From the NCBI GenBank assembly GCA_043228905.1, contig JBHGNT010000007.1, forward strand, positions 1,178,001-1,242,000: DNA of 64,000 nt, given 5' to 3'. Shown piece after piece: positions 27,101 through 38,495 of this stretch. This stretch comes from Azolla caroliniana. Lineage: Eukaryota > Plantae > Polypodiophyta. Position numbers and translations under genes: made by a program. The notes below the pieces were generated by a model. The model ran no database searches and had not been told where the DNA came from. It was given only the letters and a program-made list of their open reading frames with translations. Each line of letters opens with the position of its first letter. The first letter of the stretch is position 1.

Positions 27101-28665
27101 TGTCTCTGCCTGGAATGTTGCCGCACCGCACGCTTAAGCCTGAATCCCGCGAAATGTGCCTTCGTCGTGACCAACGGGACTCTCCTAGGCCACATAGTCA
27201 GCAAGGAAGGAATAACGGTCGACCAAAACAAGATCTCCGCTAGTACGCAAGCTAAAACTCCGACAAATGCCAAAGCACTTAGCCGGTTTCTGGGCCAAAT
27301 ACATTGGCACAGTCGGATGATACGGTATTTCGCGGACTTCGCCATGCCACTACACGCTGTCGTACGTCAGACTCCTTTCCAATGGACTGCAACAGAGGAT
27401 AAGGCCTATGAGGCACGCAGGCGCCCGTAGTACAACCTCCAGTTTGGGCGAAGCCATTCCACATGTTCGTCGACGCCTCAGACATAGCAATAGGAAGCGC
27501 GCTAATGCAACTCACCGAGCCAAACTGGTACAGGCTAGTATACTACGCAAGTCGTAAATTATCAATAGCAGAGCGTAACTATTCCACAACAGAGCGGGAG
27601 GCGCTAGGGATGATCTATAGCATCAATAAATTCCGACATTATTTACTAGGACGGAAATTCACGTTCCACGTGGATCATTCGGCATTATTGTATTTGGTGG
27701 AGAAACAAGCCCTGACAAGGAAATTGGCGCGGTGGATGTTGCTGCTCCAGGAATTCGAGTTCGTAATTCAGCACCGGCCAGGGACGCAACACGCAGTGGT
27801 GGATTTTTTGAGCAGACTTGAGAATGGAGAAACAGTACAGAAAGACGATGACGATTTTCCGGACGCCGATATCTGGCGAGTAGCGACATTTGCAGAAAAA
27901 ATGGAAGCCACCTTTCCGGATAGATGGCTTACGGAAATGACGTACTTTTTTACTACAAGACTACCTCCACCACAATTACGCACAGACGAGAAGAAACGGC
28001 TAGCCGTCCGAAGCCGTCACTTCTGCCTGGTCGAAGGGTATTTATATCACAAAGGAAGTGATGGCATTTGGCGACGTGGAGTCCGTCAGGATGAAAAAGA
28101 AGCAGTTTTACGGGAGCCACACTGCGGCACGGCCGGTGGTCATTACGTGGGCAACGTGACAACCCGCAAAGTCTGGCAGGCGGGCTTATGGTGGCCAACA
28201 ACGCAAAAGGACGCATCCGAGTATTGTAGAAAGTGTGATTTGTGCCAGCAGATGGGTCAGCTCGCGAAGGACGCAAGGATGCCACACCAGCCTGTATTAC
28301 CGTTGGACCCCTTCCAAAACTGGGGATTGGATTTTGTGGGGCCCTTCACACCAGCAGCAGTCCGTACGGGCAACAAATACATATTGGTAGCCACGGATTA
28401 CTGTACCAAATGGGTAGAAGCAAAGGCACTACGGGAAAATACGGCGGCCGTCACAGCCAAATTTCTGTACAAGCACATCTGGTGCCGGTTCGGCTGGCCG
28501 ATTGAGCTCATCAGTGACCAGGGGAGCCACTTCCTCAATACGGTGGTTCGGGAACTAACACAGCATTACGTAGTCATCCACAAGAAAAGCACGCCATACT
28601 ACCCATAGGCGAATGGATTAGCGGAATCCACGAACAAAACTTTATAGACCATTTTGAAGAAAACC
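24159..28665 (+). pseudogene. B2 gag-pol (gag with two Cys/His knuckle regions, protease, RT, RNase H, integrase); disrupted, integrase truncated
   Basis: ORFs 24055-25200, 25225-25812 (CFICQQPGHYATQC), 25836-26237, 26474-27430 (VDYRKLN, FLDDF) and 27463-28608 (VDAS, TEREAL, WGLDFVGP, ISDQGSHF). Confidence 0.93.
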
Positions 28666-28685
28666 GCCAGCATGCGGAACGTCAG

Positions 28686-30347
28686 ATGATAGAGCACGCC
28701 CTAACACAAACAATGGAGAGCGACGATGAGGACCGATTAGCCAGGGTCGGTAGAAAGAGGAACGCCGGGGTACGGCGAGTAGGGATGGAGATACCACCCT
28801 TAAACACGACCCTAGTCGAAGTCCATCGGGAATTGGAAAAGGTCAGTACGGGCGCCAAGGAGATGGCCATAAAAAATAAGAATGTTTGGAAGAAGGTTAA
28901 ACTGGTCGAAGCTGAACTACAAAAGGCCAACGCACGCATCGCGGAGTTGGAAGCTCACACGACTACGGCGCAAAACGAAACCCCGCCACCGAACCACGTT
29001 ATCAACGCTCTCAAAGAAGAAATCGAGGCTCAGACCGCCATCGCCTCAAAAGCAAAAAGGGTCGTGCAGCTAGCGGAATCTGAAATTGACCGTCTTCAAG
29101 CAGAACTACGCCAATCCTCCGACAGAGAAAAGGAGATATGGGCTAACGGACGAAAAGCCGTAAAAACGCTTGAAGAGAAACTGGCTACGGAGGTGGCTCA
29201 GCACATCCGGACAAAAGATGACAACGCCCAATTACGAGAGGACGCGAAGAAATCAGAGGCGGCAATAGCGGGACTTCGGGCCTTGTTAGAAAAAAAGAAG
29301 GTATGGTTCGATGAACAGTTGGTAGTCGAACAAGACAGAAGGCATCAACTCGAAATCCGCCTAAACAATGAAATGGTGAAATTAGAAAAACAGCATGAAA
29401 AGGAATCCCAACTGTGGGCGGGCCTGAAGGCCACGTATGAGGAAGCGGCAGCCGTTAAACAACAGGAAATTGCGAATCTCCAGAAGTCGATGGAAGATGC
29501 ACGCAACCGCTGCCAGGCCATCACGGATAACGTGCGCATCCTTCTCCAAACCAACCGGGAAAGGTTCACAGCGCAATTGAAAACAGCGTTGGACAAAGGA
29601 TGGATGGCATGGGCAACCCAAGCAGCGGAATTGCATGTGTATCGTGCGGACTGGGAGAACCAGCGGAAAGTCGGCCGAGGGTTTTATAAGCTAAACGAGG
29701 AGAGCATTGCGACCGTATGGGAGAACCTAGCGCAAGACTATCGCGTGTTAGCAGACCAACACTCCGAAGAACTCGCACAACTCCTAGATGATTTTGGTGA
29801 AAGTCAGGAGGAGCTATTTCACCAGATCACACAAACCGGCAACACGCACACAAACGAGGAACCCAGCAGGACACCAATTCTGGTCACAGCCGAAGAAGAG
29901 GAACCTCAGGCTCGATCACCAGCGAGGACAACGGGGGAGAATAGCGAGGACGAACGAGCAGAGTCCCCCACAAGACCAGACAGTGAAACCATTAACCAAC
30001 AAAAGGTCCAGCCCACACCATCTTTAGAAAACGCGGATAATAGTGCGGACCAGGCGGAATCCCCGCCCCACGCCCAGGGACACACAAAAACGGCCAACAC
30101 CGTGGAGGACGTAACAATAGAGGTGGAGCAACAACCGACTGCAAGCACGCTACCGGCGGAGGCCAGCCCACTAACTCAAGAAGAGCCCACCGTACCCGGA
30201 CCACCCGCACACGGCGAAGGCGACTCCGGGAGAAACCAGGCCGACCAAGCAAAGGAGCCGCACCACGATGCACATATGTGCCCTACATCAACTCCGGCCG
30301 AGGACACCACAACAGAGCCAAACATCCGGGGCATTTTGGAAGATTAA
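28686..30347 (+). CDS. B2 extra 3' ORF (C-terminal 553 aa): long coiled coil plus acidic/Pro-rich disordered tail; function unknown
   Basis: Open 553-aa frame between integrase and 3' LTR; E/K/A/L heptad-rich segment; homologous segments present in B1 and B3. Confidence 0.8.
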   Translation: MIEHALTQTMESDDEDRLARVGRKRNAGVRRVGMEIPPLNTTLVEVHRELEKVSTGAKEMAIKNKNVWKKVKLVEAELQKANARIAELEAHTTTAQNETPPPNHVINALKEEIEAQTAIASKAKRVVQLAESEIDRLQAELRQSSDREKEIWANGRKAVKTLEEKLATEVAQHIRTKDDNAQLREDAKKSEAAIAGLRALLEKKKVWFDEQLVVEQDRRHQLEIRLNNEMVKLEKQHEKESQLWAGLKATYEEAAAVKQQEIANLQKSMEDARNRCQAITDNVRILLQTNRERFTAQLKTALDKGWMAWATQAAELHVYRADWENQRKVGRGFYKLNEESIATVWENLAQDYRVLADQHSEELAQLLDDFGESQEELFHQITQTGNTHTNEEPSRTPILVTAEEEEPQARSPARTTGENSEDERAESPTRPDSETINQQKVQPTPSLENADNSADQAESPPHAQGHTKTANTVEDVTIEVEQQPTASTLPAEASPLTQEEPTVPGPPAHGEGDSGRNQADQAKEPHHDAHMCPTSTPAEDTTTEPNIRGILED

Positions 30348-30554
30348 CGGGATGGGTCCGACGTGCAAAGGCACTGTCCCACAAGCGTGCCAGGTGTTGT
30401 CCGCCGGAATAGTAACCGACGGCCAGCCGAGGACACCACAACAGAGCCAAACATCCGGGGCATTTTGGAAGATTAACGGGATGGGTCCGACGTGCAAAGG
30501 CACTGTCCCACAAGCGTGCCAGGTGTTGTCCGCCGGAATAGTAACCGACGGCCA
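30297..30554 (+). repeat. 129-bp tandem duplication covering the extra-ORF end, the inverted PBS and the first 31 nt of the 3' LTR
   Basis: GCCGAGGACACC...GACGGCCA occurs at 30297 and 30426. Confidence 0.93.
30505..30521 (-). promoter_or_regulatory. Inverted PBS-like site occupying the PPT position of B2
   Basis: GTCCCACAAGCGTGCCA, then GG, then the LTR start TGTTG; its last 11 nt are the reverse complement of the 5' PBS. Confidence 0.75.
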
Positions 30555-33500
30555 AAAGTGTAGGAATAAGAAACTATATAAAGCATAACGTATGTAATGG
30601 TTCACGCTTCCCCGCGTGAACGGCTAATTAGACCCTGCATATATAAAGGGCAGAAAACCTCTTAAGGAGGTGCGTGTAAATTTTGAGAATTGTAAAAGAA
30701 CACCTGATAATAGAATATTATCTTCTCTGAGTTTCTGTGTATAGCTACGACTAATTCAGTGGCTGTGTCCCGGATACGTAAGCGTAGTACGTAAACGCAA
30801 CCTGTGATAAGGAGTCGGTTGTAGCCGTCTTCCCTTACACACGGAGGAGCCACAACGGTTCTCTTCTTACGCAGTACGCTTAAGCTCTATTCATTGTTCC
30901 CACTTACCTTGGGGTCTAGGTCGACGGACTGACCACGGACCGTGTTCCTAAGAGGCAACAATAGGATACTCGTCTGAGAAGAAGGCATACAAGTGCTACA
31001 ACCCTTCTACCCGAGCGGTTCGGGTAAGTCGAGACGTAGTCTTCGACGAGTCCGCATCCTGGTAAGCACCAGAGACAACTTCGACTCAGACTCAGCTCGA
31101 CCTAGAATCCGCCGAACAAGAGATAGAAGATGGAGATCGCTTACGACAAGGCCTAGTTGGCTACAAGAGCCTCGGTGTGACCCAAGCACATCACGGCCAA
31201 GTCTGCACTTGGACAAAGGCAAAGGTAAAATTCCCGAATACAAAGTCAACCACCTCGACAATAGTGATTCGGATGTGTCGACTTGCTCTCTAGAAAGTGA
31301 ATTTGGTGTACCCATCATGCGAACACCCGGAACAAAGAAGGCACTCACATCGGCGAGCGAAAAACTTCGACGCTCATCTAGAGCTAAGAACCCCATCACT
31401 CGGCCTAGCTACAACAAGCACATGACCCATCACTATGCCTTCACAATGAAGGTAGTGGCCGAACAAGAGCCCAAGAGCTCCACTGAAGTGGCTTGTAACC
31501 CACGATGGCTTGAAGTAGTTGACCTTCGCCCACACACTACAAGCCTTCATCATCGACTTGAGGGGGAGGAACCAAGATTGCCGCGACGAAGAAAGCTGAA
31601 GGCCGAACGGAAGCACACGAAGCTGACGAAAGCCAAAGCGGATGTCGGATTCCTCGCACTTGAGCTTGAGGGGGCGTGTTGAGATATCAAGCTCAACTTA
31701 GTTTAGTTATTTAGTCAACCATGTAACTTCATAGTTACCTTGATAGAATCTACTTAGGAGTGTTTACTATAACGCCTTAAATAGGACCTTATACTTAAGT
31801 GGGATATTCTAGATCTTCCACTCCTAAGTACATTTAATATAGGACATACACCTTAGTACCTATATTCTACTCACACATGTGCACCTTTGCACATGAGATG
31901 TATATATACCTTTATTGTGGGTATTTTTTTATCTTGATTATGAGAATGCTAATTTAATATAGAGTTAATTGTCCCCCATCTTGTGTTGTTCATAAGTGTA
32001 CTTCTTTCTCTCTTCCTCTCACACACATACACACACAAATTACTTAATCTTCTACTTAGCTTAACTTAATCACATAATTAGGTACTAATTAACCCATACT
32101 TAATTACCTAATTATTAACAATATTGTACTCTTCCATCAACGAAGTGCACCTTATAGGTGTGATCACTTACGGAGAGTTGGATTCCCCATATCTGAACCA
32201 AACGATCATTCACAAAGTTGTGTGACCTTCCCGAATCAAATAAAAATTGTAAAGGAGATCCATTGGTATACCCGTTTGCACGTAGTAAAACATTGGGTCT
32301 CAATAAATAGTGAGGGAAAGAACATTTACAATTACTTAAATAATGTGTATAGACCTCAAGGACATAAGGAATCTGACCTTTATGATCTGCAACTTTAATT
32401 TTGTTGTCGTGCTCTTTCTATTGGAGCTTTCAACATTGCTCTTTTGTATGACCCTTCTTTTTTGCAGAATATGCAAAAAGGATTTTGTCGCTTACAATCA
32501 CAATCCATGAATTTGTTGGGTGTGTTGCGTTTCCCAAAGAATTGTGAGTGCTTAGTCCCAGGCGCTTCGTTGGGTTTGTTATGGTCCTTCTTCGAAGTTC
32601 GTTGATAGCAAATGTCTATTTCAACGACCTCTTCGAAGGATTTAGGATCCTTATTGTGCACTATCCAATGATAGTCCGAATTGGGGATGCCATTGACAAA
32701 ACAAGTTATTAACCAATTGTCCCCTTCTAGACCTGATTTTTGGATTTGGGTTCTAGCATGGTGAACATAGTCTTCTAGAGAGGAAAATTTCCGACTAGAG
32801 AGGTTCATTAAAGCTTGTGTTGCCTCGAATCAAGATGGAGGTTGCAGAAATTGACCATTGAAAACTGTGACAAAGTCTGTCTAGATATCGAGAAATTTCC
32901 CTGTAGTGCAGAGCCCACGCCACCAAGCGGCAGCCTTACCCCCTACTTCTCGACCAACATATGCAATCTTCGTACTATCTGGCTTGGGATAGAGGTCAAA
33001 ATGAGACTCACATTAGCCCAACCATGTGCAGATTGCTTCTTCGGTTCTTTCCTTTTTTTCTCCCGTAAATGGCTTTACGACAAATGATGGTTCGCCTAGA
33101 CACTCATAGGGTCTATTAGCATCGAGAGGAGTATGGGATTGCCGAAGTTTGGAAATCTCATGCAAGGTAGAATTAAGGAAATTTTGTATTTGTAAAAAAT
33201 ACGACTTAATGGGGATTGACCCATGAGGATTTCCTTGAATTCTTTCTACTTGGGCAAATGCCATTGGGTCGTTATTATGAGCCATTGAATGATAATTTCC
33301 TGCGAAGAAATAGGATAAGGTCAGACAAATAGTCATAACATCATGTTTTGATGTAAACATATCATGGGCAAACATTAATTGACATCATGATCTCACGTCA
33401 ATATCCCTCTAGATGTATGAGATGAGGTTCAAGATCAGGTTACCATGGTAACACAAAGGTGTTTTAAAAACCATAGGGGTGACAAATGAATGTCTTTCCA

Positions 33501-34465
33501 TGATATCTCTATATCGATTATTTCATGGCGGCTCCCCAAGGCTCAACCATGTATGTTTGCGTCATGAATAGGTTATACACGAATAAATGTTAACAATAAA
33601 CTATGTCTTTGTGCCCACCCATGTGGTTTCAACTCTTTAAGTCCTATTACGAGGACCCAAAAGTGCACTTAGACCTAAATTCTAAACACGTTCTATAGTC
33701 ATATGGCCTTGGTCATATTTGAACTCGAGACCTCGAGAACAAATTCATTAAACACTTGAGCTAACCAAATGGTTTGCTCCTTTTAAATGTTTTAATGTTT
33801 ATGCGTATAAGAGATATGTGAAGGCATTTGCCCATATATGTTTTTTAAATGAAAACATATGTGGCGAGAAACCTTATTTCCCCCTCGTTCACAAGAAAAC
33901 TATGTTTGTACGTTACCCAACCTCAAGGCTCATCATTACGATGGCATACCCCAAAGTGCAGCCTAATGATCAAGCCACACGAGCCCTCTTTTCGCAGTAG
34001 GCCCACGTGGCCCATCACATGGTTACATCATTACGAATGTCTTTTGTAATGATGATCTCATGGTGACATCGTAACCATGTAACGAGGGAGGGATATTGGA
34101 TGTGTGTGTCATAGGAGTGACCTCACTTGAAGTGGGTCAATCCCTACGCTCTCAACATCATTGTGGCTATGATCGTTTCGTTATAACGCGTAGTAAGATC
34201 GAAGTGACCAATGGGGATGACAACAAAAGAAATTGTTGAAAAAGGATGGTGACTACGCCATTCTCACAAAAATGCGAGGATGGCCACCAAGATCCTTTCC
34301 CCGAAAAGGACAACGTTCAATATACCAAATTTCATAATAAACACTAATATACACAAATTTATGTTTATCACATGTATACGATTAAATACAGATACATGTG
34401 ACCACATATGCGTATATTAAAAATAAAATCATAACATAACATAGCCAACGAATGATGTGATCAAG

Positions 34466-34730
34466 ATACGTAATCGAGGCATATAGCCTCTACACACACA
34501 AAACATCCAAAAATAAGGGTGACGTAATACGCAATTGAGGTATTGAACTCTTACGCATACGACACATATCACATATCAAATACTTTGGAATTGAGGAATT
34601 GACCTCATATGCATACGTAACATATGTATGTGAATGTAATATGCAATTGAGGTATTGACCTCGTACGCATACGACACAAATCCAATGTCAAATATATGTT
34701 AAATGAGGTATTGACCTCATACACATATGT
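34466..34730. repeat. Degenerate repeats of about 55-60 bp in the 5' leader of element D
   Basis: Recurring AATTGAGGTATTGACCTC..TACGCATACG core, about 5 copies. Confidence 0.65.
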
Positions 34731-35396
34731 AAATGTTTTATACAACCAATTATTACCACTACAACATAATTGAACCAATGTAAAAAATTATTTATTGACT
34801 ATACATGATTAGATTGGGAGAAGAAAGAATAATAAAAAGAAAACAAAGAGTTACCAAAGTTCCTTTGTTGATAGCTATATGGATCAAGCTCGATCGTACA
34901 TCGATCGATCGCCATCCAACAAGAAAAAAAACAATAAACAAAACAAACATTAGAAACATGGCTCTAATACCAATTGTTGGAGCTAGCTACTAATGTAATC
35001 ATATGATAAGGATATAATAGATATAAAATTAGAAAGGAGAGAGAGAAAGAAGGGTGTCGATCCACCCGACTAGCCCCGAGCGAAGGGATCGAGATAGACT
35101 CGAGCCTCGATCGGCGTCGCATACCACCGTTGTGGCGTCGAGTCGTACGTAGTGCTAGCATGCTCGCTACAAGAGTTGACCCACCACAATGACGGAGTCT
35201 CGACGTAGTCGATCATGTATCAAATGAGGGTAGGGTAGTTAGGCCTCATATTTATAGCCAGACCTAAGGCCCCCAAGCAAGTTCACACTTGGCCTAATGG
35301 GTTGTCCCTATCCCAAGGATTACAAGTAATCGTTTCCTACTTTATACTCTCATTTAACCCTCACACTTACCACGGAATATGGTCATGCTCGTTACA

Positions 35397-36458
35397 CTGC
35401 CTGTAACTGAACTCATCCTTAGAGTACCCGAGAAATATGCAAGGTTTCGACTTATTGTCGAGCTTCTACATCTAATCCTTAGCCACATGCATATATGTAC
35501 ACTAAGCATCCGAACATCCTCAGGTGTCAGTAGGAGACTTCCTTTCGTGTCCATACCCTATGTGGGACATCACCTTTCAATGGCATTGAGGGAGACCTAT
35601 TGATTAGATAAACAATTGTATACATCACCTCAACCCAGAACGATTCCGGTAGCTTAGCATGCGACAACATGCTCCTTACTCTTTCCATAATCGTTCGATT
35701 CATCCTCTCTACAAGCCCGTTCAAATCAGGGGTCTTTGGTACTGTGTATTCAATTTGAATACCTTGGGCCTTGTTGTATTCTTCGAACTGCCCTCTATAT
35801 TCGCTACCATTGTCGGTTTAGACAGCCTTCAACTTCCGACCCGACTCTCTTTCAACCCTGGCCTGGAACTCCTTGAAGAATGATAGTACTTGGTCCTTTG
35901 ACTTTAGTATGAAAGCCCACAAATTTCGAATGTAGTTATCAATGAACGTCACGAACTATTGTTTACCTCGATGCGATGGGGCATCTACATAGCACACGTC
36001 GGTAGACTGCCTTCAACTTCCGACCCGACTCTCTTTCAGCCCTTCCCCAGAACTCCTTAAAGAATGACAGTACTCGGTCCTTCGACTTTAGTACGAAAGC
36101 CCACAACATTCGATTGTAGTAATCAATGAACGTAACAAAGTACTATCCACTTCGATGCGATGGGGCATCTACATAACACACGTTGGTGTGCACTAGTTCC
36201 AGTGCAGCTTCTCTTCTCCTTGGTGGTTTTGTGTGGAATGCGGCTTTGTTTTGCTTTTTGATTAAGTAGTTGACACACTTCTCCAAGTGTACTCCTTTCA
36301 CTTCTAGGAGAAGTTCTTGGTCGGTTAGGATATACATTCCCTTTTCACTCATGTGGTCGAGCCTCTTATGCCATAACTCTCCACTCGAGTCAGCTGCCAC
36401 TTTTGATTCCGACTTGCATAGTCAGGCATGCATCATATACAATGTGTCCTCTTTCTGC
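35397..36458 (-). pseudogene. Copia E integrase part, with an old tandem duplication of about 184 bp (35820-36187)
   Basis: ELWHKRLDHMSEKG, ELVHTNVC, NGLVERMNRTIMERVRSML; two diverged copies of AGACWGCCTTCAACTTCCGACCCGAC... Confidence 0.88.
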
Positions 36459-38495
36459 GGGGGTAGTTCGAGGAGTACTACCAGTCAAAAGGAATCCCGC
36501 TCGAATTTACTGTGCCGAAGACACCGAAACTAAATGGGTTGGCCGAACGGATGAACTAGACGGTGTTGGAGAGAGTCCGGAGCATGTTGGGACATGCAAA
36601 GCTACCCAAGACGTTTTGGGCTGAGGCGCTGATGACAAAGACCTACGTGATAAATAGATCACCCTCAGCACCCTTGGATGGAGACACATCGCAGAGAGTA
36701 TGGACCGGTAAAGACGTGTCCTACCAGCATCAGAAGGTGTTCGGATGTCTCGCTTACGTGCATGTCGCGAAGGACAAGAGAGCAAAGTTGGATCCGAAGT
36801 CCAGGCCATGCATATTCCTTGGATATGGCGATGATGAGTTCGACTACCGAGTGTGGGACTTGGTCGACAAGAAGGTGTTCTGGAGCCGTGACATTGTCTT
36901 TATGGAAGACAAGACCATTGCCAATTGGGAGTCAAAGAAGAAGATGATGGACTCCGGATCATCCAATGAAAATCGGTTTGAGGATACAAGGACTTACCCG
37001 GTTCGGAACCAGATGTTAGCCGGTAACCGGTTCACACTTGACGAACAGACCGGATTCAGACAAAAAACCGAACTAACCAAAGAAGAAGAAGAAGACATCG
37101 GAACTGGACAAGATCCTGAATCGGATTCGGATGAGGAGCAAACGGAGGAACCGGTAATCGAAAATCAAGGACGAAGATACCCTCTCAGAGAGAGAAGAAC
37201 CCCCCAGAGATTTCCAGATGCAAAGCAAGTGTTGTTGACCGAGGAGGGGGAGCCGGAAAACTTCGAAGAAGCAAGGAAAGACACCCACAACCGCAAGTGG
37301 TTAAATGCCATGCAGGACGAGATGGATTGATAGAGCTGCAGAAAGGAAAGAGAGCACTCCGGAACAAGTGGGTGTACAAGTTGAAACCGGGAGATGCCGG
37401 AAATCCACCAAGGTACAAAACCCGGATCGTGGTGAAGGGGTTCCAGCATAAGAAAGGTGTGGATTTCGATGAGATCTTTGACCTGGTTGTAAAGATGACT
37501 TCCATCTAGACGGTATTGAGCATAGCAAAAGGCATGGACCTTGAGGTAGAGCAACTAGACGTCAAGACCGCGTTCCTCCATGATGACCTTGAAGTAGAAA
37601 TCTACATGCAACAACCAGAAGAGTTTGTGAAGAAAGGGAAGGAGCACCTGGTATGCCGGCTGAAGAAGAGCTTATACGGACTGAAGCAAGCTCCCCGGCA
37701 TCGGTACCGGAAGTTTGACTCCTTCATGATTGACCAAGGGTACTACAAGACGTAAGCCGACCACTACGTGTTGCCGATTAGGAACACGGTCCGCGGTTAG
37801 TCCTTCGACCTAGACCTCCAAGTGGTTGTGGAACAATGAATAGGCGTTTATGCGTGATGCGTAGGGGAATGTTCCCTGTAACCTATCAGCATATAAGGGA
37901 GACGGCTACAACCGACTCCTTAGCAAGGGTTACGCTTACGTTCTTACATGCTCAGGTATTCCAGACACACAGTGGATTAGTCGTAGCTATACACAGACTT
38001 TCAGAGAAGATGGAATTCTATTATGATACGTTTCCTTACATTCCAAAATTACACGCGCCCTCTATCAGAGGTTTTCTGCCCTTTATATACGCAGGGTCTA
38101 TCTAGCCGTTCACGCTTCCTGCGTGAACCGTTAAATGCGTTATGATCTTATATTATTTCTTATTCGTACGCTCTTTTCCGTCGGTTACTATTCCAGCGGA
38201 CAACACCTGGCACACCTGTGGGACAGTGCCCTCGCACGTCAGACCCATCCCGTTAATCCTCTTCCAAAATGGCCCGGATGTTTGGCTCTGTTGTGGCGTC
38301 CGCGTCCAGAGGTGACGTAGGGTCCGTAGGTGCATCGTGGTGTGGCTCTCCTGTTTGGTCGGACTGGTTTCTCCCGGTGTCGCAGTAGTTGTGTGTGGGT
38401 GGTCCGGGTACGGTGGGCTCTTCTAGAGCTAGTGGGTTGGGCTCCACCGTCGCCGTGCTTGCAGTCAGCCGCGGCTCTATCTCAATCATTACTTC

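Larger units (their letters stand above)
23435..30960 (+). mobile_element. Ty3/Gypsy element B2 (non-chromovirus, Athila/Tat-like PBS) with both LTRs and TSD
   Basis: LTRs 23435-23874 and 30524-30960; perfect TSD ATAGG; PBS TGGCACGCTTGGTG at 23879; TATATAAA in the LTR. Confidence 0.96.
21133..32120 (+). mobile_element. Ty1/Copia element C: gag, protease and integrase decayed, RT and RNase H absent; interrupted by B2
   Basis: LTRs 21133-21551 and 31677-32120; Met-i PBS TGGTATTAGAGC 21552-21563; PPT GAGGGGGCG; gag with CCHC knuckle CNYCGKIGHREEEC; integrase FIDDYSRYTW. No matching TSD (CGTTT vs ATATT). Confidence 0.9.
20624..35396 (-). mobile_element. Chromovirus-type Ty3/Gypsy element D with RT, RNase H and integrase core missing; inserted in Copia E
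   Basis: 5' LTR 34975-35396; Met-i PBS TGGTATTAGAGCC (34960-34972, minus strand); gag fragments 32395-33375; protease FLFDSGRSHNFV (32121-32303); chromodomain remnant; PPT 20977-20987; truncated 3' LTR 20624-20976 matching the 5' LTR. Confidence 0.85.

Noticed and set aside
30505-30521. A tRNA gene or SINE at the inverted PBS motif
   Set aside because: Only about 17 nt resemble a tRNA 3' end; there is no cloverleaf or A/B box upstream.
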